64,000 nucleotides of DNA, from IMG/VR virus record IMGVR_UViG_3300043409_001561. One strand, given 5' to 3'. Under the pieces are notes generated by a model that made no database searches, was not told where the DNA came from, and worked only from the letters and a program-made list of their open reading frames with translations. Shown here one piece after another: positions 47,092 through 56,315 of the stretch (the stretch's first letter is position 1; each line of letters starts with the position of its first letter). Made by a program: the position numbers and the translations under genes. This stretch comes from a virus.

Positions 47092-47164
47092 CGACTCAGG
47101 CAGGACTCGAACCTGCGACCGATTGATTAACAGTCAATTGCTCTACCAACTGAGCTACTGAGTC
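47092..47164 (-). tRNA. tRNA-Asn (anticodon GTT)
   Basis: Acceptor GACTCAG/CTGAGTC, D-arm GCTC/GAGC, anticodon stem ATTGA/TCAAT with loop CTGTTAA. Confidence 0.8.
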
Positions 47165-47203
47165 ATTTACTTTCATAACAATATGTCAAAGAACTTTTGT
47201 TCT

Positions 47204-47280
47204 GTCGGTATGGTAGGGATCGAACCTACGAATCTTCTCGATATCAGCGAGATGCCTTAAACCAACTTGGCCACATACCG
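47204..47280 (-). tRNA. tRNA-Ile (anticodon GAT)
   Basis: Acceptor CGGTATG/CATACCG, anticodon stem TCTCG/CGAGA with loop CTGATAT, T-loop TTCGATC. Confidence 0.75.
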
Positions 47281-47292
47281 TAATAAATTAAA

Positions 47293-47326
47293 AAACCCCA
47301 ACTCATTTCTGAATTGGGGTTTCACT
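47293..47326. terminator. bidirectional hairpin (CCCCAATTCAGAAATGAGTTGGGG flanked by T/A runs)
   Basis: GC stem with T6 on the minus strand and a T-rich tail on the plus strand, at the upstream edge of the tRNA cluster. It may be an attenuator or processing hairpin rather than a terminator. Confidence 0.35.
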
Positions 47327-47459
47327 TTGGTTTTATTTAATATCTACTTAAAATTTATCCATAATATACCCCAATCCGCCGCTATACGGTTGACACCATT
47401 GACTAAAATTAATATGTATATTATTTGTTTTCATTTTTACTGTTATAATTAAATATATA

Positions 47460-47492
47460 CAAATATAGGAAAGTTTCATTTAAAAGTCAAAT
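47460..47492 (-). promoter_or_regulatory. candidate promoter for the minus-strand tRNA cluster: TTTG(ACT)-N20-TATATTTG
   Basis: The minus strand reads ATATTTGACTTTTAAATGAAACTTTCCTATATTTG. It matches both the Bacteroidota -33/-7 architecture and a sigma70-like TTGACT-N17-TATATT. Confidence 0.45.
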
Positions 47493-47567
47493 ATATTTTA
47501 AAATTTTTTTTATTAGTAGTATGGTACGTATTTTGTTAAGGTTATTTTTTAATAACTAATACCGTAA

Positions 47568-47600
47568 AAATATAAAACCCCCTTACTCTAATAAGGGGGT
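47568..47600. terminator. bidirectional rho-independent terminator (AAACCCCCTTA...TAAGGGGGTTT)
   Basis: 8-bp GC-rich stem flanked by A/T runs on both strands. Confidence 0.5.
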
Positions 47601-47629
47601 TTATTTTTAATAACCAACAAAGTTCATTA

Positions 47630-47800
47630 CTACTTAACTTCGTTTGAAGTTGCTTCTACTAAAGTACTATCACTAGTAGTTACATTAGAAGTTGCTTCTG
47701 AAGTTGCCTCTGTACTTGCGTTTTCAGATGCTTCTGTTGAGTTACCTCCGCAAGACACTAACAATGACATTACGGTTAATACTAAAAAAATTTTTTTCAT
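47630..47800 (-). CDS. small lipoprotein (57 aa, not in the ORF track because it is under 60 aa)
   Basis: The minus-strand translation MKKIFLVLTVMSLLVSCGGNSTEAS... has a classical signal peptide plus a lipobox (LVSC). It is followed by a low-complexity S/T/E-rich tail. Confidence 0.45.
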   Translation of the reverse strand: MKKIFLVLTVMSLLVSCGGNSTEASENASTEATSEATSNVTTSDSTLVEATSNEVK

Positions 47801-47951
47801 TTTAAAAAATTTAATTTAATTGTTATTAAGGCTTTTCACCCATCGGAGATTATAAGTATCTCTAACTTCTTATATGTTACAAATTTAACAAATATATATT
47901 AAATGTCAAAATAATATAATACTATTGTTAAATATTTTAACATATTTTAGG

Positions 47952-48254
47952 TTATTCTTTACCATATTTTTTTCTTAAATATTCTGCCCAATTTGATTGT
48001 TTCCTTCCATTTACAAAGAACCATCCTAAATTCAGTTCAAACCATTTAATAAATTTATTTACTAAAATCATAATTAAAAAATTTAAAGTTACTACAAAAA
48101 ATACAACATATGGTAATAAAGGGATCCAACTGATAACTTTACCATACCATTTTAAACTATCCTTCATTACCCCTTCACAAACCAATATATACTGGATGAA
48201 TAATAAAAAGAAAATAAACAAAAAAACAACTGATATTCCAATAATCTCAAACAT
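47952..48254 (-). CDS. membrane protein (three predicted TM helices)
   Basis: Strongly hydrophobic 100-aa ORF. Confidence 0.4.
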   Translation of the reverse strand: MFEIIGISVVFLFIFFLLFIQYILVCEGVMKDSLKWYGKVISWIPLLPYVVFFVVTLNFLIMILVNKFIKWFELNLGWFFVNGRKQSNWAEYLRKKYGKE

Positions 48255-48257
48255 AAC

Positions 48258-48701
48258 TCAATCTCTTATAACTCTTTTATGTACCTTTGTAGATACCTCT
48301 TTCACTTTTTTTTGTGATGATGGACCTTCACCCAGTCCATTCGCCATCCAAGATTTAATTTCCATCTCTTGTAGAAAATCAGATACGTTAGGTATAAATT
48401 TTTTACCATAATCCTCTAATATATGATATTCACATATATCTTTAACTGATACAGTTTTATCATCTGAATTAGTTATATACTCACCAAATATGGGTATCAT
48501 AACCTCAAATATAAAAAACATATTATGGGTTAATGCCCTATGTCTATTATCACTAAAATACTTTTTAGAGGAATCCATTTTATTATGAAGTGGTAAATAG
48601 TCTTCTTCTTTACCTCCCCACAATTTAACAGATGACTTTGAATGTATTAAAGGGTTCGCCATTCTATTCTGATTTAGAATTTTCATCACCTTCTTCTTCA
48701 T
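48258..48701 (-). CDS. hypothetical protein
   Basis: ORF track. Confidence 0.4.
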   Translation of the reverse strand: MKKKVMKILNQNRMANPLIHSKSSVKLWGGKEEDYLPLHNKMDSSKKYFSDNRHRALTHNMFFIFEVMIPIFGEYITNSDDKTVSVKDICEYHILEDYGKKFIPNVSDFLQEMEIKSWMANGLGEGPSSQKKVKEVSTKVHKRVIRD

Positions 48702-49029
48702 CGTCTTCTATCTCACCCCAATATTCTTCACTAACAATTGTACTAACACTGAGTTCTTGTCTACCATCCATATTGTATTCAATTTTACCAGAGGTACCAC
48801 TGTTATTCCACGTATATGCAACACCAGAATTATCTATGACATCAAATAGTGTATCCCAATGATCACTTAGATTTAATTCACCTTCTCTATTCGGATAAAC
48901 TGAAACAAAATAAAAAGACCCAAAGGAATCTCCACCACCCTCAAATTCAATTTCAACAGAATCATTTTGTGAGTCAAAATCGGGATACCCACTTCTAATC
49001 ATTTCGATAAAATTACTTTTTATTCCCAT
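48664..49029 (-). CDS. hypothetical acidic protein
   Basis: ORF track. Confidence 0.35.
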   Translation of the reverse strand: MGIKSNFIEMIRSGYPDFDSQNDSVEIEFEGGGDSFGSFYFVSVYPNREGELNLSDHWDTLFDVIDNSGVAYTWNNSGTSGKIEYNMDGRQELSVSTIVSEEYWGEIEDDEEEGDENSKSE

Positions 49030-49136
49030 AACATTTAATTATTTATTTTTAACGATATTTTTCTGAAAATTCATCATCTAACTCAGGTGGACAATAATCA
49101 ACAATATTACGTTTCCACCAAGAAATAAAACATAAT

Positions 49137-49361
49137 TTAATTTTTTTGATCGTATCTTTCATAATTTAAAATTTTTTTAAAGAAATCAGACCAAAACACA
49201 TAAGAAGGATAAAGTATTAACCAACTAGTTATTAATGCAGGAATAAACACATAATAATTTTTTGTGTCCATATCTAAGGCAATAGTTAGTGCCGCAAATC
49301 CAATTCCCGAAACCATTCCCGATAAAATCATAATTAAAGTGTCAAGTAAAATTTTTTTCAT
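49137..49361 (-). CDS. small membrane protein
   Basis: Two hydrophobic helices. Confidence 0.35.
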   Translation of the reverse strand: MKKILLDTLIMILSGMVSGIGFAALTIALDMDTKNYYVFIPALITSWLILYPSYVFWSDFFKKILNYERYDQKN

Positions 49362-49812
49362 AGTAATGTATTATTTTTTGTTATTATAATATTCTTCATA
49401 ATTTTCTTTATTTACACAAACATAAACATCCTGATACCAACCAAAAACACATTCATCATACATTTTATATGGTTTGAATTCATCCCAATCAAAGTTATCG
49501 ATAGTGTCATAATATGACTCATTAGGGAAACGTACTCTAGTCATTTAATTAGGGTATTTTTTAACATACTCCACCATTAAATTAGATAGGTACTTCATAT
49601 TTCTTGATAATTCTATTTTTCTAACTTGTTCTTCTGCAGTTAATCTTTTATGGTCACTTCTACCATTTCTGTTTAACCATTCTTCAAACATTCTTTCGTA
49701 ATATCCTTCTGGTGGCATAGTCTTTTATTTTAAAACAAATATATAAATTATTTTTGAATAAACAAAGTAATTTAAAAAATTAATTTAATTAACTTTTAAT
49801 GTGTAAAATTTA

Positions 49813-50394
49813 TTATTTATATTTACAATTTTCGAAGTGCCATCTTTTAATTAAAGAAGCTCTACCTGTTTTTCCACAATAAGGACATTCTATTGGTTTT
49901 TCTTTATTCAGATGTTTTCCACCTTTACCTTTATTTAATTCAGTTCTTTTTTTTCTATTTTCATCGGATAATGAATCCCAATATTTTTTAACACCTTCTC
50001 TTCTTTTGTTTTTTTCTTTTTCCGCATTTTCGCCATGTAGTTCTTCATATGTTTTATTTTTAAAATAATTACGAATTTTATTCCTACTTTCTTCTAAATG
50101 ATTTTTCCTAAAACCTTCTCCACCTTCTGTTAAATTACATAAAGTTCCAGTTCTATCTATTTTTCTACCATAAAATTTTATTAATTCAATTTCTTTAAGA
50201 TAAATTTCTTCAGAACTTAATCCATCAAATAAAATTTCAACACTAAAATCTGTTTTTTTAATTATACTATACCAAATACGATTCCTATTTTTAAAATCGT
50301 AAGCCCTTTTATAATTATCTTCAGAATTTAAACCAATTCCGACATAAAATACATCACCATTATCTTTTCTAATATGTTTATATAAATAACACAT
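49813..50394 (-). CDS. GIY-YIG homing endonuclease with a C-terminal zinc finger
   Basis: GDVFYVGIGL...R..Y motif. C-terminal CPYCGKTGRASLIKRWHFENC, which is nearly identical in pattern to the zinc finger of 24284..25096. Confidence 0.75.
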   Translation of the reverse strand: MCYLYKHIRKDNGDVFYVGIGLNSEDNYKRAYDFKNRNRIWYSIIKKTDFSVEILFDGLSSEEIYLKEIELIKFYGRKIDRTGTLCNLTEGGEGFRKNHLEESRNKIRNYFKNKTYEELHGENAEKEKNKRREGVKKYWDSLSDENRKKRTELNKGKGGKHLNKEKPIECPYCGKTGRASLIKRWHFENCKYK

Positions 50395-50458
50395 TTTATT
50401 GTTTTACTATAAATATAACGTGTTATTGAAAAGTGGTGTTTGATTTTAAATAATCTCG

Positions 50459-51028
50459 TCAGTTCCACCATCTTTCTATGTGATTACTAATTATATTAAA
50501 TAACAATTTATGACATCTTTCTTGATTCTCATGTGCAATTTCCATTGCTATTAATTTTTTATCCTTTTCCTCAATAGGACGGTTAAATCTATTTATTTCC
50601 CCACTTAGAACTTTTTTATACTGTATCGGGTACTTTTTGAAGTATTCGTCAAAATTTTCAGATATTAACTCATCTTCCATTGTATAATATTCCTTAGTTT
50701 CGTCAGTAGGTACAAACTCAAATTTAGATTTATGATAATCCATATATTCCATACCATAAGTGTCATCCTGCTGAAGTTTTATTAGTCTAGATACTAACAA
50801 CATACGTTCTGCATCACGTTTGGCTTCAGTATGTAAATTCCTATCACCTATATATTTCGCCTGATTCTCAATTTTAACTCTAAGAATCTCATATATGAAA
50901 AAAGAATCCCAATCCCTATCTTTCCAAATAGTAGGGAACCATTTCCATAGGTTTTTTACACCTTTAATAAAGTCTTTATGGTAGTATCTTGCTTCAAACC
51001 TCCACCAATATCTTATTTTATCTATCAT
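50459..51028 (-). CDS. hypothetical protein
   Basis: ORF track. Confidence 0.4.
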   Translation of the reverse strand: MIDKIRYWWRFEARYYHKDFIKGVKNLWKWFPTIWKDRDWDSFFIYEILRVKIENQAKYIGDRNLHTEAKRDAERMLLVSRLIKLQQDDTYGMEYMDYHKSKFEFVPTDETKEYYTMEDELISENFDEYFKKYPIQYKKVLSGEINRFNRPIEEKDKKLIAMEIAHENQERCHKLLFNIISNHIERWWN

Positions 51029-51201
51029 ATTAAAATTTATTAGGTTTTAAAAAACTAATTATAAATCCGTAAAAGTAAATGTATTTTACATAACCTTGTC
51101 TTTGACTAAATGTAAATCTATTGGAGAAGGATAACCCATACCCAAATAATCTAAACCAAAAAGTTCCTTTACCTTTATACCAACTAAAAATTTTTTTCAT
51201 A

Positions 51202-51723
51202 TTATACCATTAAAAATTGTTTCCATTCTTCTTTAATTATACCATTCATTCTTTCTATAAATTGTAAGTATGTCGGAGTAAATGGTTTTACTAAAAACTC
51301 CATACCTGCTTCTTCTGGTGTTCTATCATCTTTTTTTAGATTACATATTCCACAACAAGTAACTAAATTTTTCCAACTATTATCCCCACCTCTAGACTTA
51401 GGAAGAACATGATCGATAGTTAAATTTTTATTTGTTCCACAGTATACACATTTATGTCCATCCCTCCTAAAAATATTAAATCTACTTAAAGGAACTTTTT
51501 TAAATGGTGTATATATAAATCTATTTAATCTTATAACTGAAGGTCTATTAAAATTCTTAAAACTTGATACGATAGGGTTAGACTCGTCAGAATATACTAT
51601 CTCCGCCTTTCCCTTGTAAACTAATTTAAACCCTCTATTAAGGGTAGTTACATTTAAAGGTGTGTAGTCATTATTTAAGACTAAAACCTTTTCCATCCTA
51701 TTTTCAAATCTAAACCTCCCCAT
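51202..51723 (-). CDS. HNH endonuclease
   Basis: HKCVYCG...DHVLPKSRGGDNSWKNLVTCCGICNLKK is the canonical HNH motif with flanking Cys pairs. Confidence 0.7.
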   Translation of the reverse strand: MGRFRFENRMEKVLVLNNDYTPLNVTTLNRGFKLVYKGKAEIVYSDESNPIVSSFKNFNRPSVIRLNRFIYTPFKKVPLSRFNIFRRDGHKCVYCGTNKNLTIDHVLPKSRGGDNSWKNLVTCCGICNLKKDDRTPEEAGMEFLVKPFTPTYLQFIERMNGIIKEEWKQFLMV

Positions 51724-51847
51724 ATTATTACTATAAAAAATAAAACCCCCCTAATTATCTTAAGGGGGTTTTTAAAGGGCCGATAGGATCACTATCAACT
51801 TCCACCACTTTGTTTTTAAGGTACAAAGAACCTAGCGTGGAGATGGA

Positions 51848-52235
51848 GGGAGTCGAACCCTCGTCCAATCAAATTGCCATTAAAAATTCATTCACAAGCT
51901 TAGTTCATTTTTCTTAATGAACAAAATATTTGGTTTTATTTATAACATGGTTACCAACAACCCTGTTTCGATAATTGTTTAGAGAGTTTTACCGTCAACT
52001 CTATTTTTTACACCTTTCTGTTTCTAGGTAAGTGTGACCCACCGATTAAACTAATTCCATTAATTCAATCTCTTCAACCACCGCTGAGCGAGTGATAGAA
52101 GTTGGGATACTCATCATATCCTCTGTGTTGTATGCGTTTGCATTTATATTTTGATAGGTGTTTAAGGGTTTCCATCTAACCCTGCTTGCATCATTTCAAA
52201 CTCAACCTTTGACTGTCAAATCCAAAACCATCCCC
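51848..52235 (-). ncRNA. ssrA: candidate tmRNA (ssrA)
   Basis: The minus strand begins GGGGATGGTTTTGGATTTGACAG (compare E. coli GGGGCTGATTCTGGATTCGACGG). It ends GGACGAGGGTTCGACTCCCTCCATCTCCA, a tRNA-like T-arm plus acceptor whose 3' CATCTCC pairs with the 5' GGAGATG. The tag reading frame is not confidently identified. Confidence 0.55.
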
Positions 52236-52384
52236 AGTTTTCAAAGAACTTTTCTTTATTTTATCTTTAGTGTATAATATTCTATCCATCCATTCTCTAT
52301 CATCATAACGATCTTTTTCTCTATATTTTTCGTCTTCGTAGATTTTTTTAGATGCTCCCATATTTAACACTTATTATATATATA

Positions 52385-52392
52385 CAAATATA
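52385..52392 (-). promoter_or_regulatory. TAnnTTTG (-7) element upstream of a small unlisted minus ORF and of the tmRNA
   Basis: The minus strand reads TATATTTG. Confidence 0.3.
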
Positions 52393-52455
52393 TACACTTT
52401 TTTTCATAAAAACAAATATTTTTTAATTTTTTTTTATATTTATAAATAAAATATT

Positions 52456-52950
52456 ATGAAAAGAATTATAAGATTAACTGAAAGTGAATTAATTAATGTA
52501 GTTAAAAGAGTAATTAGAGAATCAAAAAGAGGTTACTTGATGGAGCAAGTTGACCCTAAACTAGAGTCTTCATTAAAATTAATTTTCACTCAAGTGGCAA
52601 CTATTTATAATAACGCAATTAAGTCTGATCCTAAATTAAAGCAGACACAACTTACAGTCGCAATTATACCTAAAGAAGAATATAATGTATATAGATGGAT
52701 GTATGGTAATACAGAACTACCTGAATGGGGTAATTTAACAGTTACAACTAAAACCATTTTGAATCAGGGTCCAAGTGAGGTAGGTAAATTAATTTTATCA
52801 ACATTTGATCCAACAACTAATAAAAAATTACCTGAAGTATTTAAATCTTTAGGTCAGGGGGATTTAAAAAGAGCGGTTAGTAGTTGGGTTAAGAATTTTC
52901 AGACACCTTCAACCACTTCACCTACATCAAAAACAGGTTCTAAAAATTAA
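52456..52950 (+). CDS. member of the N-terminal tag family (MKRIIRLTESELINVVKRVIRE...)
   Basis: Shares the (L/I)TE-S-x-L N-terminal motif. Ser/Thr-rich C-terminus. Confidence 0.45.
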   Translation: MKRIIRLTESELINVVKRVIRESKRGYLMEQVDPKLESSLKLIFTQVATIYNNAIKSDPKLKQTQLTVAIIPKEEYNVYRWMYGNTELPEWGNLTVTTKTILNQGPSEVGKLILSTFDPTTNKKLPEVFKSLGQGDLKRAVSSWVKNFQTPSTTSPTSKTGSKN

Positions 52951-52975
52951 TATAACATAGATTCTATTTTAGTTA

Positions 52976-53395
52976 TTAGGAACTTTTTATGAAGTTAAAA
53001 TTTGTAGATTTATAAATTTTATAAAAATCGTCATTAACGTAAAACCAACTTAGACTTTCGTTTTGGATGTCAGTATTTATAACAAACCCTACACCTTCAC
53101 TTGGGTTTATTAGTTGGATAACAAATAATGAATTATTATTTTCAAAAGTAAATTCAACTTCATCTGTTAAAATACCATTAACATAGAATTTGAGTTCTCT
53201 ATTTTGGATATCGAAAATGTATTCACAATCAACTGTAATAATCTCTGGTGATCCTGAAATAGTGTTAATGGCACCAACTACACCAGAAGTATCATATTCA
53301 TAATGTTCAATAACTTCATAAACCTTAACCCTGATAACTTGTGAGTTAATAAAGTTTACAACGAATAGGAATAATATAAAAATTAGAGTTTTCAT
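52976..53395 (-). CDS. secreted hypothetical protein (start at the internal Met, MKTLIFILFLFVVNFINSQ)
   Basis: A signal peptide sits at the internal Met. The longer ORF-track start at 53473 is probably spurious. TATATTTG lies about 25 nt upstream of the 53395 start. Confidence 0.4.
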   Translation of the reverse strand: MKTLIFILFLFVVNFINSQVIRVKVYEVIEHYEYDTSGVVGAINTISGSPEIITVDCEYIFDIQNRELKFYVNGILTDEVEFTFENNNSLFVIQLINPSEGVGFVINTDIQNESLSWFYVNDDFYKIYKSTNFNFIKSS

Positions 53396-53466
53396 AGTTA
53401 TTTTTTTTATTATCATTCTACAAATATATATAATTTTTTTCAGAAAAAACAAATATTTATAATGGA

Positions 53467-53799
53467 ATGTCATTAAAATTTTTAAATATATTAAACGAAG
53501 AAAAAGAAAGTTGTAAATATCAGTTACGTGATATAGGTGGTGACGCGTATTATAAAAAATGTAAAGGTGATTCTAAATGGATTTTTACTGATGAGATGGA
53601 CTTCTTAAAGAACTCTAAAAAATCTAATATAGAAAAATGGGAGAAACCTAAAGAAAAAAAATCCAAAATTAGGCAATTAGATGTCCCACAAAAAAAAGGG
53701 AATAAATTAGAAGATTTAAAAATCTATTATACTAATCTATCCCCAGATAATTATGAAATCAAAATAGAAGGTGGTAAAATTATAATTCTTCCATCTTAA
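53467..53799 (+). CDS. hypothetical Lys-rich protein
   Basis: ORF track. Confidence 0.35.
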   Translation: MSLKFLNILNEEKESCKYQLRDIGGDAYYKKCKGDSKWIFTDEMDFLKNSKKSNIEKWEKPKEKKSKIRQLDVPQKKGNKLEDLKIYYTNLSPDNYEIKIEGGKIIILPS

Positions 53800-54067
53800 T
53801 TTCTAAATCTTTAAAAGAATCATAATCAAATAAATCACTTTTCAAAAGATCAAAAACATCTTTAATCATTTTACCTTGCGTTTTATGATCTAAACCCTCA
53901 CAAGCAATTTTAGTAGTCATAACTAATCCACTAACCATAATAGATAATAACTCAAATCTATTTGGAAGATCATCTTCCTGAAACTTACGAAAATTCAAAT
54001 AAAGTCTTCCGTCTTCTTTTACTTCTGACTCTATAATAATTCTTTTAATACCTTTCATCTTAAACAA
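53780..54067 (-). CDS. hypothetical protein
   Basis: ORF track. Confidence 0.35.
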   Translation of the reverse strand: MFKMKGIKRIIIESEVKEDGRLYLNFRKFQEDDLPNRFELLSIMVSGLVMTTKIACEGLDHKTQGKMIKDVFDLLKSDLFDYDSFKDLEIKMEEL

Positions 54068-54548
54068 TTTCTTCGATTATACCAATTAATTCACTAACAA
54101 CTAATAAAATTGTTGCAACAATTAAGTTATATGGTATAAAACAATACCCAACTATTCTAACACCAGATTTAATAAAAGAGATTATCTGATGCCACTTTTG
54201 ATTTGGCATCTTATCAATATCTTTATCACTTTTATACTCTTCCACTTTTTGTATCATTTTATCCCTATAAGAATTTAATGGGTTCTTTTTACCCGTCAAT
54301 TCCTCATAAAATGGATTTAACTCACCTGTTTGTGGATCGTGTGTGGGAATCTCAAATTTAGTTTTCCAATTAGAAGATTCATTATCATTTAAATTAGATG
54401 CAATTTCAATATTACTTAAGACTACCCCAACATTTTCATAGTTAGGTACTGGTGTGTTAAGTATATCTTCTGATAAGACATCAGATAATCTTTTAACATC
54501 CTCACCAATAAACTCTAATCTTCTTTTATAATCATTTTCTCTATTCAT
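54060..54548 (-). CDS. hypothetical protein with a C-terminal TM helix
   Basis: ORF track. The hydrophobic C-terminus is VGYCFIPYNLIVATILLVVSELIGII. Confidence 0.4.
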   Translation of the reverse strand: MNRENDYKRRLEFIGEDVKRLSDVLSEDILNTPVPNYENVGVVLSNIEIASNLNDNESSNWKTKFEIPTHDPQTGELNPFYEELTGKKNPLNSYRDKMIQKVEEYKSDKDIDKMPNQKWHQIISFIKSGVRIVGYCFIPYNLIVATILLVVSELIGIIEEIV

Positions 54549-54927
54549 AAGGTTCTTTCATTTGAATTTTAATCATTAAACTTGTTACTTCTTCAGGTGA
54601 TAACCAACCTTCGACATCTATACTATCATCAGAAAGAGGAAACCCTACCTCAAATGTTTTAACACCATCACCATATAAACCTTGACCACCACCAATTACA
54701 GAAACATAATGTTTATTATCAAAAGTTAATACCGACTGAACCGCACCTTCCATCCAATGATTTGCGTGTCTCTCAAATTTTAAATCGGAAAACGTTTTAA
54801 TATCGTTAGGATATAATTCTTTAATGAAATTAAAATCATAACCCATTTCATTATGTAAAATACTAAATTTTTCGTAGTTAGGTTTACCCTCTAAATAATC
54901 TATTAATCTTTCTTTAATTTTATCCAT
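54541..54927 (-). CDS. hypothetical protein
   Basis: ORF track. Confidence 0.4.
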   Translation of the reverse strand: MDKIKERLIDYLEGKPNYEKFSILHNEMGYDFNFIKELYPNDIKTFSDLKFERHANHWMEGAVQSVLTFDNKHYVSVIGGGQGLYGDGVKTFEVGFPLSDDSIDVEGWLSPEEVTSLMIKIQMKEPYE

Positions 54928-54977
54928 AATTTTAGAATATTGGTAAATATAAGTAAAATAGTTTAATGAAAAAAATT

Positions 54978-55403
54978 TTATTGTAAATTATTAATCTTAT
55001 CATAAATTTTATGGAGTGTATTATCTATCTGAGATTTAATCTGATTTTCATACATTATCCTTTCTTCATCTACTTTTTTATCAAAATGGTTAACTAATTT
55101 AACTATATCTTTTTTGGGTAATGTAATTACATAATGATATACGTGATTAGTTATTTCAACTTTACTATCTTCCATTATCACAAAAATATCAATAGTTTTA
55201 TTCACTAGATATCTCTTATTAGATAATGGGGCAATTGTATATTTAGTATCTTTGTGATTTATAGTCTTTCTAACTATTGCAGTACATATAGTTTCATAAC
55301 CCGTATACTCAAACGTATCTTTAAAAATCGATGATTCAAATAATTTATACTTAACAACTATTTTTTTAAGTTTTTTTCTTAAATAATTTTTAAACCAATT
55401 CAT
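54978..55403 (-). CDS. hypothetical protein
   Basis: ORF track. Confidence 0.4.
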   Translation of the reverse strand: MNWFKNYLRKKLKKIVVKYKLFESSIFKDTFEYTGYETICTAIVRKTINHKDTKYTIAPLSNKRYLVNKTIDIFVIMEDSKVEITNHVYHYVITLPKKDIVKLVNHFDKKVDEERIMYENQIKSQIDNTLHKIYDKINNLQ

Positions 55404-55404
55404 A

Positions 55405-56310
55405 TTATTTATTTTCTTTATAAAGTTTCAATAGTCTTTCTTTAGCGTAATCACAATAATCCTCAACTAAATCAATTCCTATATACTGTCTTCCCATTTT
55501 AGATGACGCATACGGTGTAGTTCCTGTACCTGAAAAATTATCTAAAACAATATCATTTGGTTTAGAATATAAGTCAATAAAATAATTTGCGAACTCTGTT
55601 GAGAAAGTTGCTTCATGTCCTTCTACTTTACCGTCATTATTTTTTGCCTCTATAAAATTATAATAGGTATTAAAATATTTTTGTCCTGTTTTAGATAGTG
55701 ACGATACTATTTTATTAGTGGTAAAATTAGGTGTTTTCGCAAATATATAAACCATCTCAACAATTCTAGTTAACCTATTTGGCTGACCACTTAATGGTAC
55801 ACAAGATTTCTTTTTCCAAGCTGCGGTATCATATATCTCTAATGAAGTGTTTTCAAATACTTCGTTAATTAATAGATAGGGTAACGATGGATTAAATGTA
55901 GTGTAACTATAATTAAATACGATTACACCATCATCAGTCAATATCCTCTCATATTCTTTAAAAACATCTATCAACCAACTAATATATTCTTTAACAGGTT
56001 GGTTATCCTTTATAAGGTCTTTCGCACCTGGATATTTATGATTATCTTTTCTTATAGATGCTAAATAGGGTGGAGATGTTAAAATTAAATTAATACTCTT
56101 ATCTTTAATTTTTTTCATTGTCTCAACAGTATCACCACAGTATATCTGATTGGTTATTAATCCAACATCAACAGAATTAACAACATTAGTTACTTCTTCA
56201 GTAGTATCAACAATAACGTCATTTTGGTTATTGATAATAATTTTCTCCATAATTAGTTCATCGAACAAACTTAATTGTTCATTTTTTCTTTTTTTAGGTA
56301 TTCTTCCCAT
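55405..56310 (-). CDS. DNA methyltransferase (N6-adenine or N4-cytosine, beta-group motif order)
   Basis: SPPY (motif IV) in the N-terminal half and NFSGTGTT (motif I, FxGxG) near the C-terminus. Confidence 0.65.
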   Translation of the reverse strand: MGRIPKKRKNEQLSLFDELIMEKIIINNQNDVIVDTTEEVTNVVNSVDVGLITNQIYCGDTVETMKKIKDKSINLILTSPPYLASIRKDNHKYPGAKDLIKDNQPVKEYISWLIDVFKEYERILTDDGVIVFNYSYTTFNPSLPYLLINEVFENTSLEIYDTAAWKKKSCVPLSGQPNRLTRIVEMVYIFAKTPNFTTNKIVSSLSKTGQKYFNTYYNFIEAKNNDGKVEGHEATFSTEFANYFIDLYSKPNDIVLDNFSGTGTTPYASSKMGRQYIGIDLVEDYCDYAKERLLKLYKENK

Positions 56311-56315
56311 AATAA

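Noticed and set aside
28700-47300. Whether the regularly spaced repeats in the tRNA regions are a CRISPR array.
   Set aside because: The repeated units are about 75-nt cloverleaf-folding tRNA genes with different sequences. There are no short identical direct repeats with unique spacers and no cas genes.
47460-47492. Reading AAAAGTCAAATA (three copies at about 45808, 47484 and 62150) as an E. coli-type sigma70 promoter TTGACT-N17-TATATT, implying a proteobacterial host.
   Set aside because: The same sites fit the Bacteroidota TTTG-N20-TAnnTTTG consensus at least as well, and the TAnnTTTG octamer recurs at many other start-proximal sites lacking TTGACT. They are kept as promoters, but the host inference from sigma70 similarity is rejected.
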